This document shows positions 10,320 to 19,987 of a DNA stretch of 64,000 nt, one piece after another. The translations under genes were made by a program, and so were the position numbers. Within the stretch, counting starts at the first letter, position 1. Every line of letters begins with the position of its first letter. Location of the stretch: the NCBI GenBank assembly GCA_964248365.1, contig CAXTYC010000001.1, positions 32,001-96,000 on the forward strand, read 5' to 3'. The notes under the pieces are model-generated. The model worked only from the letters and a program-made list of their open reading frames with translations, did no database searches and had not been told where the DNA came from. This DNA is from an uncultured Chroococcidiopsis sp. Lineage in GTDB: Bacteria; Cyanobacteriota; Cyanobacteriia; Cyanobacteriales; Chroococcidiopsidaceae.

Positions 10320-11210
10320 GCTGCCAACACAAAGCCCGCATCTGCGTATATGTCGTTGGGCTAACACCATTTTCCTCACCCTCAAAGTATGCCACCCATG
10401 CCCACCTTACTGGTGCAAGATCTAAGTAAAACCCATACTCTTGGGTTAAAACCTATACACAGTCTACAAATGCAGCCTCGTGCTATCAGCTAGCGAACTA
10501 ATTCCCTTGCAGGCGGATGGTGCTTTGAGGTGGGAAAAGGGAGTTTCAAGCAGTTATTGCAACAGATGCAATATTTCAGGATTGCATGACATTTTCTGCC
10601 AGCTTGTCTAATGTCTTTGACAAATATAGCAGGGAGTCGGGAGTAGGTTAAAAAGTCTTGCAACAATTGACTAATAGTAAATTGGCTTGTCTTAATCTAG
10701 CTACCCCCGCTATACAAGGCAATTAGTCAGAAAGGCACTGGTTAAACCAAATAATTAGCCAAATTGACAATTTTGACTAAATGTAATTAAAAATTCAGGT
10801 GTTTACAAGACCTCTTGCCTTAGTGCAGGAAGTCTCATAGTGTCGCTCATGTTAAAGGTTAAAGAGGCAAGGAAAATTCAATTCCTTTTACCGCAATCCC
10901 ATTTCCCTTTTTCCTACGAGGCAAGAAGTCCACACAGCTTTTGGTGGGTTATTTCTACTTTAGATGGTGGGTTATTTCTACTTTATTTGCAGGTTAATTT
11001 TTAGTTATTAGAGTTAATCAAACTAGAAAAAATTACTTTTAACCCTATAGGTTAAAGCGTAAATAATGTCAACAATTGATGTTAAGAAATACTAAATAAA
11101 TTTAAACTGAAATTACAACTAAAGACTGAGCAAATGTTCGGTAATCTACACCTTTAGTCCAGTGAATATTCTGATCGGTGATTGTTAAATTACTAATAAG
11201 TAGCAGGACA

Positions 11211-11312
11211 TAAAAAACAGCCAATCCTATTAACTAATCAATTAATCTCAACGCCTTTACGGGAAGGGCTATGCAGCCCGTTTGAGGTTGCACCAGGGTT
11301 GGCTGTTTTTTA
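11211..11312 (+). ncRNA. Candidate structured RNA / 5' leader upstream of the amphipathic-repeat gene cluster
   Basis: Outer stem TAAAAAACAGCCAATCCT / AGGGTTGGCTGTTTTTTA, inner stem AATCTCAA / TTGAGGTT, two internal hairpins. Confidence 0.4.
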
Positions 11313-11379
11313 CACTCGTCCAGATTAGATAGCAATCACCCTAAAAACAAATCGTTTAAAAACAACGGAGACGATTATT

Positions 11380-12273
11380 ATGAATCCAGATTCACAAGCT
11401 TGGAATCAGCAAGACGAAACTGTAGGCGCTGTTCCATCGGGGCAATTCTATGTTCGTGTAGCAGGCACAGGTATAGGTGCTGATTTGCCTCCAAACGAGA
11501 ATGTTGGCGTTCCGAGTGGTCAATTTTACGTTCGTCCAGCAGGTACAAACACTAACATTGGTAACACAAATATGGGTAACATGGGTAACACCAACATGGG
11601 TTCTGATTTATCCAGTGAAGACAACAGCCCTGCCAGTAAGCCTCAAGCTAATGGGCAGCCTGCAAGCAAAGGTAAAAATAATGCTTTAAATAAAGCACTG
11701 CTTGGAGGACTCCTAGGTGCAACATTGGGTACATTAGCTGCCGCTTTAGCTAATAAGAGAACAGCCCAGGGTGCTAACCACGCTGCCAAAGGTGTAGGAA
11801 AAGCAGTAAAGAGTGTATCTGAAGGTGTCAACCACGCTGCCAAAGGTGTAGGAGAAGCGGTAAAATCAGTAACTGAGGGTGTCAACTACGCTGTAGTAGG
11901 TACGGTAGTAGATACATTAAAAGATACAGCTGAGAGTGCCAAGCAATCTGTAGAAAGCGCAAAAGACCAACTGGGGCAAACAGCTAATTATGTCAACCCC
12001 GCAGACCAGCAATCTGGAGCGCAGACAACCTACGTTTTAATCCCAGTGGAGAAAGAGCGCGTTATTGAGCGAACCATCATTGTAGAAGAGCCTACAATGC
12101 CAGAAGCGAATGGTGGGGCAGACTTCAGGTCAGAAGATTTTGCCCAGCAGATGCCAGGTGATGATCGGACACCTCAATTTAACGATCAGACATCTCAATT
12201 TAACGATCAGACATCTCAATTTAACGATCAATCATCTCAATTTAACGATCAAAGACCTGACTTTCAGGGATAA
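11380..12273 (+). CDS. Hypothetical membrane-anchored protein: Gly-rich (YtxH-like) helix, 18-aa amphipathic repeats, C-terminal QFNDQTS repeats
   Basis: GGAG RBS; LNKALLGGLLGATLGTLAAALANKRTA; NHAAKGVG(K/E)AVKSV(S/T)EG repeats. Confidence 0.8.
   Translation: MNPDSQAWNQQDETVGAVPSGQFYVRVAGTGIGADLPPNENVGVPSGQFYVRPAGTNTNIGNTNMGNMGNTNMGSDLSSEDNSPASKPQANGQPASKGKNNALNKALLGGLLGATLGTLAAALANKRTAQGANHAAKGVGKAVKSVSEGVNHAAKGVGEAVKSVTEGVNYAVVGTVVDTLKDTAESAKQSVESAKDQLGQTANYVNPADQQSGAQTTYVLIPVEKERVIERTIIVEEPTMPEANGGADFRSEDFAQQMPGDDRTPQFNDQTSQFNDQTSQFNDQSSQFNDQRPDFQG
12173..12251 (+). repeat. 21-bp coding tandem repeat, about 4 copies
   Basis: CTCAATTTAACGATCA(GACAT) repeated. Confidence 0.85.
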
Positions 12274-12901
12274 GCCTTGAACAATTAGCTATTAGTGATT
12301 AGCTTTTAGTTCTTAGCTGGCGCGCTTTTTGTCCGTTGTCATTTGTACGAGTAGGGTGGGCATTGCCCACCAAATCTAATAATGGTGGGCATGGGTGGCA
12401 TACTAATGAAATCTAAAAGCTAATCGCTAACCGCGCGCCAGCTAATAGCTAATTGATGACGGGTTGCTGCAAATGCGTGGATTTAGAGATCGCTTTTAGT
12501 GAGTATGTCAAAGTCCACGCATCCAAAGTAGTTGATTGTCAAGGAAGAATTGATGGGTTAGTGAAAGCTCCATTAAATCAACCTTGAAGGAATAGTAGTT
12601 TTAAGCTTGGGATAAATGCAAAAAGATATTCCTAAATCGCTTCGGTTAACCTCCGTGCCTTACACATTTAGGAATTGCAAACATAACAATCAGTAAGTAA
12701 CAAAACACAATTTGTCGAGAGAAGGGAACAAAAATAATGGCAGGCTTCATGAGTGATTTGTGGTGCATAACAGATAATTGGTTTTGTTAAAAGCCTGCCA
12801 TTATTTTTAGACTTCATTGTAGTCCAGCTTAGATCTGTCAAAAGAAAAAACTTATAACTCTTTGAGCGTTCATCAGTTTTTGTACAAAGGAGAATACTAT
12901 T

Positions 12902-14131
12902 ATGGTAGAGAACGAGTATGTTTCGGATCAACATGACAATAATGTTGATCCGCTTGTAGATCAAACCAATGCTCAAACGATAGACACACAAACAAGCAAT
13001 GGGTTGGCTAGAGCAGCGATTGGAGGAGTCGTTGGTGCTGTATTAGGTACAGTGGCTGTAAGTTTGGCTAATAAAAGAACGGCTGAGGGTATTAACCGCA
13101 CTGTAAAAGGTGTAGGAAATGCAGTTAAGGATGTAGCCTCTGGTGTAAATGCCTCCGTCAAAAACGCAGTAGAAGCAGTCAAGGGTGTATCGAAGGGTGT
13201 TAGTGAAACTGTAGAAAGTGCAGCGAACACAGTTGGGGCTACAACTGAAGATATTAATAAAACTGTGAAAAATGCAGTCAATACAGTTACCGCCCCCGCC
13301 TCTAATTCCCAGCCCGTTGTAAACACTACAAAGGGTGTATCCAAGGGTGTTAGTGAAACTGTAGAAAGTGTAGCCAATACAGTTAGGGCTACAACTGAAG
13401 ATATTAATAAAACTGTGAAAAGTGCAGTCAATACAGTTACCGCCCCCGCCTCTAATTCCCAGCCCGTTGTAAACACTACAAAGGGTGTATCCAAGGGTGT
13501 TAGTGAAACTGTAGAAAGTGTAGCCAATACAGTTAGGGCTACAACTGAAGATATTAATAAAACTGTGAAAAGTGCACTCAATACAGTTACTGCCCCCGCT
13601 TCTGATTCCCAGCCCGTTGTAAACACTGCAACTGAAATTCAGGAACCCGCTTCTGATTCCCAACTCGTTGTAAACACTGCAACTGAAATTCAGGAACCCG
13701 CTTCTGATTCCCAACTCGTTGGTGAGCAGGGTGTGAGGGGATCTGATTATCAGGTGTTTCACTTATATGAAGAGCGGCTGGTTGCTAGCAAGAAACAGAT
13801 CAAGACTGGTGAAGTGGCGATCGCAAAGCACGTTGAAACGGACAAAGCCCGCATTTCAATACCACTGGACAAAGAGCGACTGGTTATTGAAAAGATACCT
13901 GTAAACGGTGGATCGCCAGCTGCTCCTGGTGAGGCAGACTTTTATCAAAGGGAATTGGTGCGGCTGGAAATTTACGAGGAGACACCTGACATTCAAAAAC
14001 AACTCTTCGTGCGTGAACAAATCAGCGTTCGTAAGGAAATCGAACACGATACTGTTGAAGTCGAAGATAACATTCGTCGGGAAGAGTTAGATCTAGATGT
14101 GCAAGACCGTAACATTCAAAGATCAAACTAA
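12902..14131 (+). CDS. Paralog with Gly-rich helix, amphipathic repeats and C-terminal DUF2382 (YsnF/AvaK-type) domain
   Basis: AGGAG RBS; LYEERLVASKKQIKTGEVAIAKHVET...LEIYEE..DIQKQLFVREQISVRKE...IRREELD. Confidence 0.85.
   Translation: MVENEYVSDQHDNNVDPLVDQTNAQTIDTQTSNGLARAAIGGVVGAVLGTVAVSLANKRTAEGINRTVKGVGNAVKDVASGVNASVKNAVEAVKGVSKGVSETVESAANTVGATTEDINKTVKNAVNTVTAPASNSQPVVNTTKGVSKGVSETVESVANTVRATTEDINKTVKSAVNTVTAPASNSQPVVNTTKGVSKGVSETVESVANTVRATTEDINKTVKSALNTVTAPASDSQPVVNTATEIQEPASDSQLVVNTATEIQEPASDSQLVGEQGVRGSDYQVFHLYEERLVASKKQIKTGEVAIAKHVETDKARISIPLDKERLVIEKIPVNGGSPAAPGEADFYQRELVRLEIYEETPDIQKQLFVREQISVRKEIEHDTVEVEDNIRREELDLDVQDRNIQRSN
13181..13720 (+). repeat. Coding tandem repeats: 150-bp unit x3, then 51-bp unit x2-3
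   Basis: KGVSKGVSETVES.ANTV.ATTEDINKTVK.A.NTVTAPAS.SQPVVNT x3; ASDSQ.VVNTATEIQEP repeats. Confidence 0.9.
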
Positions 14132-14261
14132 CACACTATAAAACCCCTACATTGCACAAATAGCACTTAGCAATTTATCCGATTTCAACGGGAAAAAAAG
14201 GTATAGTCGCCGTCGTTTAACCAAATTGGAATTAATTAGTTTTGGTACAAAGGAGAAAATT

Positions 14262-14945
14262 ATGACCAGTGAGAACGAGCAGCTTTTGGTACGTGACGAA
14301 AATATTGATCCGATTACGGAACAACCACCTACTACGGCTGAAGATAATGCAGCTCCTGCAAACACAGGTAAAGATAATAGCTTACTTACAATAGGGATTG
14401 GTGCGCTTGTTGGTGCTTTCGTCGGAGCTGCTGCTACTGCTTTAGCTACTAAAGTTACAGTTGAAAGTGTTAACAAGGCGGTAACAGGTGTTGGAGAAAC
14501 CGTCAAGGGTGCAGCCTCTGGTGTTAACAAGACTGTAAAAGGTGTAGGAGATGCCGTCAAGAATGTAGCTGAGAATGTTAACTACACTCTCAAAGATGTA
14601 GGAACGACGGTTCAGGGTACAGCCTCTGATGTTAACCAAAATGTAAAAGGTACAGTAAACGTAGTCAAGGGTACTGCCCAAAATGTTAACTACACTGTCA
14701 AAGGTACAGCGGACGTACTCAAGAGTGCAGCTGAAGATGTTAGCCAGAATGTCAAAAGTACAGTGGACGCTGTAGCTCAAAGTGAGCCAGTTGCAGAAAA
14801 CAACGATACTAGCGCCCAACAGCCCAGCCAAACACAGACAGCTTACATTTTAGTCCCTGTAGACAAGGATAAATTTGTTCTGCAAAACGTCCCCATCGAT
14901 GGTGGAAAGCCAGTAATTCCTAAAGGAGTAATCGAGCAAGGGTAA
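14262..14945 (+). CDS. Third paralog: Gly-rich helix plus five or six 18-aa amphipathic repeats
   Basis: Probable start at MTSENEQ after AGGAG; IGIGALVGAFVGAAATALATK; ends with QTAYILVPVDKDK, similar to paralog 1. Confidence 0.8.
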   Translation: MTSENEQLLVRDENIDPITEQPPTTAEDNAAPANTGKDNSLLTIGIGALVGAFVGAAATALATKVTVESVNKAVTGVGETVKGAASGVNKTVKGVGDAVKNVAENVNYTLKDVGTTVQGTASDVNQNVKGTVNVVKGTAQNVNYTVKGTADVLKSAAEDVSQNVKSTVDAVAQSEPVAENNDTSAQQPSQTQTAYILVPVDKDKFVLQNVPIDGGKPVIPKGVIEQG

Positions 14946-14963
14946 GCATATACACGTAAATGC

Positions 14964-14996
14964 GTAGGGTGCGTTACGGCATCGCCGTAACGCACC
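14964..14996. repeat. REP family B (GTAGGGTGCGTTACG...CGTAACGCACC)
   Basis: Hairpin; related copies at 37109-37185 (doublet), 45499-45529, 55487-55519. Confidence 0.75.
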
Positions 14997-15031
14997 TCAA
15001 ACCAAGCTATAGATGGTGGCGCGGGCGATCG

Positions 15032-15949
15032 CTAAAGCCGATAAAGCCGATAAACTTCACTTGCAGCGCGGTGTAGCAACGAGTGCCGATAAACCAGTGA
15101 TTTCAAGTCATCTGCATAACCGCCACCGATTACACAAGCCACAGGATATCCGCTAGCAATGCAAGTACTCAAAACCTGCATCTCACGTCGGAAGATACCA
15201 GTGTCGGTGAGAGCTAATTTGCCCAAGCGATCGCCTCCATGAGGATCAACCCCAGCATCATATAAAACTAAATCTGGCTTGACATCTGATAATAAATATG
15301 GTAAATATTCTGCTAGAGTTTGCAGATATGCATCATCCTCCATCCCCACTGGTAGAGCAACGTCTAAATCACTCTTTTGTTTAGTGCTGGGAAAGTTGCG
15401 ATCGCAGTGCATCGAGAAAGTGAAAACACTTTCGTCGTCTTGGAAAATAAAAGCTGTACCGTCTCCTTGATGCACATCCAAATCGACAATCAAAACTTTG
15501 CCCACAAGATTTTGATGCAAAAGTAGACGAGAAGCGATCGCCAGATCATTAAAAATACAAAAACCAGAACCATAACTAGGAAACGCATGATGCGTTCCAC
15601 CAGCAGTATTGCAAGCCAAACCCTGACTTAGTGCCAGCTGTGCCGTCAAAATTGTACCACCTACCGCCACACAAGTACGATTCACTAGCGCTGGACTCCA
15701 AGGCAACCCAATTCTTCGCTGTGCCTTAGCATCTAGTGTGCCATCACAGTAAGCTTGAACATATTCATGAGTGTGAACTAGCTCAATCCACTCAAGGGGC
15801 GATCGCTCTGGCGTGTAAAATTGTTCTGGATCTGCCACTTTATCAGCCAAAAGTAGCTCATAGAGTTGCCCAAACTTCGCCATCGGGAAGCGATGACCAA
15901 CAGGAAGAGGCGCAACGTAATCTGAGTGATAAACCAGCGGTAAATCCAC
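15032..15949 (-). CDS. Histone deacetylase-family (HDAC/AcuC-like) protein
   Basis: GGTHHAF, GFCIFND, DLDVHQGDGT, AGVD, GGGY motifs; probable GTG start at 15949 (longer ORF extension is repeat DNA). Confidence 0.92.
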   Translation of the reverse strand: MDLPLVYHSDYVAPLPVGHRFPMAKFGQLYELLLADKVADPEQFYTPERSPLEWIELVHTHEYVQAYCDGTLDAKAQRRIGLPWSPALVNRTCVAVGGTILTAQLALSQGLACNTAGGTHHAFPSYGSGFCIFNDLAIASRLLLHQNLVGKVLIVDLDVHQGDGTAFIFQDDESVFTFSMHCDRNFPSTKQKSDLDVALPVGMEDDAYLQTLAEYLPYLLSDVKPDLVLYDAGVDPHGGDRLGKLALTDTGIFRREMQVLSTCIASGYPVACVIGGGYADDLKSLVYRHSLLHRAASEVYRLYRL

Positions 15950-16175
15950 GTATAGCAGGGATTTGGGAGTAGGGAGTAGGGTGGGCATTGCCCACCTCTA
16001 ACATAAATATGATAGTGTCACGCAAAGACGCAAAGACGCTAAGAAAGGTGCAAAGAGAAAGTCGCATAGAGTTTAGTATCTTCAAGTAAGGGTTAAAATT
16101 AATCATCTGTTGATTGTGCAAAAACAGCATTTTTCCTATTGCAATGCACACAGAAAATAGATAGAAGGAACGGAT

Positions 16176-16691
16176 ATGCAAGGAAAGATAATTTGGCAGC
16201 AGGGTAGCAACAAGCTTGAAAATCCTAATAATTTCGCCTACATCAGTCAATGGTGGAGTAATTTAGCTAATAAAGATGTTACTTTGGCGCAGCGAATGAT
16301 TCCTCAAACAGGAGAGGTAGATGAGCTTAATTGGGAACCGCAGCGGTTTGATGAAGTTTTTGAGCTCCAAAACCCAGAAATTCGAGGTATTACTCTTTAT
16401 TGGCGTAAACCTAATTCTACCCAGGAGCGTAACACTACACCTTATCAGTTAGTATTGGATACCCGTCATCAGCAGTTGTATATTTTCCCCCAGTCTCAGA
16501 AGCAATTAGTTATGCGTGTGGCGTTACCACAAATTATTTATGAGACGATTGAAATAAAAGATCCTCAGATCGAATATTACAAAGCTTGTGAAAATCATAT
16601 ACTTACTCTACGAGACGCACAGCAAAAAATGGAAGTGAAAGTTACCCTTAGTCCAGATAATTTCAATCAACTAAAGGAACAACTACCCTAG
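16176..16691 (+). CDS. Hypothetical protein
   Basis: 171-aa ORF with AAGGA upstream; no recognised motif. Confidence 0.7.
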   Translation: MQGKIIWQQGSNKLENPNNFAYISQWWSNLANKDVTLAQRMIPQTGEVDELNWEPQRFDEVFELQNPEIRGITLYWRKPNSTQERNTTPYQLVLDTRHQQLYIFPQSQKQLVMRVALPQIIYETIEIKDPQIEYYKACENHILTLRDAQQKMEVKVTLSPDNFNQLKEQLP

Positions 16692-16697
16692 CCTAAC

Positions 16698-16772
16698 AGT
16701 TATCAGTTATCAGTTATCAGTTATCAGTTACCAACTACCAATCACCAACTACCAACTACTAATCACCAACTA
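16698..16772. repeat. STRR heptamers (AGTTATC)n and (ACCAACT)n
   Basis: Direct inspection. Confidence 0.8.
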
Positions 16773-17129
16773 CCTGTACAGACGTAGCGGGACTCGTCTC
16801 TACCAACTACCGTACGGGCGCACTTTAAACGAGTTATCTGCTCTGTTGAAAAGTTGGGGGAGAGGGGGAAACAGAGTCTCTGTCTTGACTCGCTTGGGGG
16901 GGGCATGGGGTTTTCTCTGGGGATGGGGGGCAGGCGGGGAGACCCCTTGCTAAAAACCCCCCAACTTTTCGCGCCCCTCACCCCCACTTTCCGCTTGTTT
17001 ACAAGTATGTTTGATCAGCCCGCCCCTACCAATTACCAAAAAAATATCTCTCCAACCCACGAGAGAGGGAGACTATAGCTAAATCCTGTTATTATAATCA
17101 ACAAACTTTACGAAACTTAATAAAGTACT

Positions 17130-18032
17130 GTGACAACTGGGCAGATAACACCGACAACATCCTTTGAAAAACTGACTTGGAACTGGAAAGGCTACAAAAT
17201 TCAGTACACAGTTATGGGCAAGGGATGTCCTTTGGTACTAGTGCATGGCTTTGGTGCTTCGATTGGACACTGGCGCAAAAATATCCCAATTCTTGCAGCT
17301 GGTGGCTATCGAGTGTTTGCCATAGATTTACTTGGCTTTGGCGGTTCTGATAAACCACCATTGAATTACACAATGGAATTGTGGGAAGAACTGCTTAAGG
17401 ATTTCTGGACAGCACACATTCAAGAACCTGCTGTATTTATTGGTAACTCAATCGGTGCGCTGTTAAGCCTAATGGTAATGGCAAATCATCCCGAAGTTGC
17501 CGCAGGTGGAGTTTTAATTAGCTGTGCAGGTGGATTAAGTCACCGTCCCCATGAACTCAATCCACCGCTACGCATAGCAATGGGAGCATTTAATCGGCTG
17601 GTGCGTTCTAAGTTGACCGGACGAGTAATATTTAACCGTGTTCGCCAAAAACCACAAATTCGGCGCACTCTACTCCAAGTTTACCGTAACCGTGAAGCTG
17701 TGACTGATGAATTAGTAGATCTGCTATATGCTCCTTCGTGTGACCCTGGAGCGCAGCACGTATTTGCTTCAATTCTAAGTGCCGATCCAGGTCCTACACC
17801 TGCAGATCTGTTGCCTCTTGTCAAGCATCCTCTACTGGTGATTTGGGGTACTGACGATCCCTGGACACCAATTACAGGAGCCTCGCTTTTCCAACAAGCG
17901 AGTGAAAATGGTAAACAAATCCAGATTAAGCCGATACCAAATGCTGGTCACTGTCCCCATGATGAAGTACCAGATGTTGTCAACTCACTAATTTTGCAAT
18001 GGCTGAGTGAGAGGCTAGGGGCTAGGGGCTAG
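17130..18032 (+). CDS. Alpha/beta-fold hydrolase
   Basis: HGFGAS, GNSIG nucleophile elbow, WGTDD, GHCPHDE. Confidence 0.92.
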   Translation: MTTGQITPTTSFEKLTWNWKGYKIQYTVMGKGCPLVLVHGFGASIGHWRKNIPILAAGGYRVFAIDLLGFGGSDKPPLNYTMELWEELLKDFWTAHIQEPAVFIGNSIGALLSLMVMANHPEVAAGGVLISCAGGLSHRPHELNPPLRIAMGAFNRLVRSKLTGRVIFNRVRQKPQIRRTLLQVYRNREAVTDELVDLLYAPSCDPGAQHVFASILSADPGPTPADLLPLVKHPLLVIWGTDDPWTPITGASLFQQASENGKQIQIKPIPNAGHCPHDEVPDVVNSLILQWLSERLGARG

Positions 18033-18457
18033 GGAGCAGGGGGGCTTGGGGGGAGTTCTTTCAATCCAAAATCCTCTCGCACGAGCGCCTCTTGCCTTTT
18101 ATAAAGGCTCCTAGCCGCTTCTACTTCCCGAATGTGATTTTCTGCCCACTCACAGAGTTTGCATAGTGGCTCAATTAATGTTTCTCCCAGCGGTGTGAGG
18201 GAATACTCAACCATTGGTGGTACGACGGCATATACTTGACGTGCGACAATGCCATCCCTTTCTAAATTACGTAGGGTTTGCGTGAGCATTTTCTGTGATA
18301 TGCCGCTAATTTCCCGCTGTAGCTCACTGTAGCGCTTTTTGCCTTGCGAGAGGCAGTAGATAATGATTGCCGTCCACTTGTTGGCGATTAGATCCAAAAC
18401 CTGCCGTGAAGAGCAGTTAGCGTCTGTGACGCTATTTTTTTGAGTGTTACGCACCAT
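18029..18457 (-). CDS. HxlR-family winged-helix transcriptional regulator
   Basis: LIANKW, ISQKMLTQTLRNLERDG, PPMVEYSLTPLG. Confidence 0.92.
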   Translation of the reverse strand: MVRNTQKNSVTDANCSSRQVLDLIANKWTAIIIYCLSQGKKRYSELQREISGISQKMLTQTLRNLERDGIVARQVYAVVPPMVEYSLTPLGETLIEPLCKLCEWAENHIREVEAARSLYKRQEALVREDFGLKELPPSPPAP

Positions 18458-18657
18458 AAGGTAAGTATAGCACTTTTAAGTGCCTTCTTGTCAAAAAGAG
18501 AGAATAATTGACATAATCATATAACTACCACGACTTACAAAAATTACCTCGATAATTGGGTAGTTGGTTATTGGTAATTGGTAGTTAGTAACTGCTTTTA
18601 ATTCCGCGCTTTTTGAATTTATCATCTCCCTTTATATACAGAAATACAGGAGCAGTT

Positions 18658-19719
18658 ATGAAACGAGATCTGCAACTGGTATCAAACAGTAATTTTGCTT
18701 CTTCGTGGATGGGATCTGGTGAAGCCAGTTCGCCCCCGAACATCGCTAATGCTGATGAAAAGCTGCTTGATGCCTATTCCCAAGCGGTGATTAATGTAGT
18801 CGAGAAGGTTAGTCCTGCTGTTGTCAATATCGATGTGCAAAGGCAACTGGGAGGTGTAAGGAGGAATAATCAAGCCTCGCAAGAAGTACAAGGTAATGGT
18901 TCTGGTTTTATTTTCACTCCAGACGGTTACATTTTGACTAATAGCCACGTTGTCCATGATGCTACCAAAATTGAGGTTACACTCTCTGATGGTCGCAGTT
19001 ATGCTGCCCAGATGATTGGTGATGATCCTGATACAGATTTGGCGGTGATTAGAATTAATGCGCCGTCCTTGGTAGCGGCGCGTTTGGGTGATTCCGAATC
19101 TTTACAAGTCGGTCAATTAGCGATCGCCATTGGTAATCCCTACGGCTTCCAATGTACAGTTACAACGGGAGTTGTCAGCGCCAAAGGACGTTCATTTCGA
19201 TCTCGGTCAGGTCGGCTAATTGATAATGTTATCCAAACTGATGCTGCCCTCAATCCAGGCAATTCTGGAGGACCACTGGTGACATCTCACGGAGAAGTCA
19301 TGGGCATCAACACAGCTGTAATTATGTCTGCTCAGGGAATCTGTTTTGCTGTACCAATTAATACAGCAAAAACGATTTTGACTTCCCTGATCAAAGATGG
19401 TAAAGTTCAACGTGGGTACGTGGGAATCGGAGGGCAAAACGTGCCTTTACCCCGTCGCGTTGTGCTATTCCATGAATTATCAGTCGAAAGTGGAATTTTG
19501 GTCATCTCAATTGAGAATAATAGCCCAGCTCAAAAAGCAGGGCTGCGAGAAGGAGATGTAATTGTTGGTTTAAGTAATCAACCCATCGCCAGTATTGATG
19601 ACTTGCATAAAGTGTTGACTCATGACAGGGTAGGAGTGCGATCGCCCTTGACAATCATCCGGCGCACTGAAAAACTAGTCCTTGATATTGTCCCGTCACA
19701 CTCGCCTACTAGGGGCTAG
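18658..19719 (+). CDS. HtrA/DegP-family serine protease (trypsin plus PDZ)
   Basis: TNSHVV, DLAV, GNSGGPL triad motifs; AGGAG before ATG 18658. Confidence 0.92.
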   Translation: MKRDLQLVSNSNFASSWMGSGEASSPPNIANADEKLLDAYSQAVINVVEKVSPAVVNIDVQRQLGGVRRNNQASQEVQGNGSGFIFTPDGYILTNSHVVHDATKIEVTLSDGRSYAAQMIGDDPDTDLAVIRINAPSLVAARLGDSESLQVGQLAIAIGNPYGFQCTVTTGVVSAKGRSFRSRSGRLIDNVIQTDAALNPGNSGGPLVTSHGEVMGINTAVIMSAQGICFAVPINTAKTILTSLIKDGKVQRGYVGIGGQNVPLPRRVVLFHELSVESGILVISIENNSPAQKAGLREGDVIVGLSNQPIASIDDLHKVLTHDRVGVRSPLTIIRRTEKLVLDIVPSHSPTRG

Positions 19720-19987
19720 GGAAATCAATTACCAGTTACCAGTTACCAGTTAAAAGAAAAGGGTAAAGGGAAAGGGGAAAAGGGTAAAGGGAAAACAATT
19801 ATCAATTATCAATTGTTCATTACTCATTGATAATTGTTTATTGTTGATTGATAATTGCTCCCCCTCTCCCCAAATGGCGGATACGTCGGGCAATAATTGG
19901 AGTAGAGCAAAAGTGCATTAGCTAATCAAAAGTCGCAACACTTAAGGCAAGTTGCTCTAGAACTCATATATCGCAAACAAAGTCAAT

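Noticed and set aside
10942..10985. ATTTCTACT..TAGAT resembles a Cas12a direct repeat
   Set aside because: Only two copies 2 nt apart, no spacer, truncated stem-loop and no cas genes in the window
13181..13720. Regularly spaced repeats as a possible CRISPR array
   Set aside because: Contiguous in-frame coding repeats with no unique spacers
12973..14831. Long antisense ORFs (217, 239, 137, 129 aa)
   Set aside because: Shadows of the repetitive plus-strand genes, which have RBSs and a recognisable domain
11380..14945. Gas-vesicle accessory (GvpT/GvpP-like) assignment from the 'RA..GG..GA..G' helix
   Set aside because: The motif is a generic YtxH-like helix and no gvpA or other gvp genes are nearby
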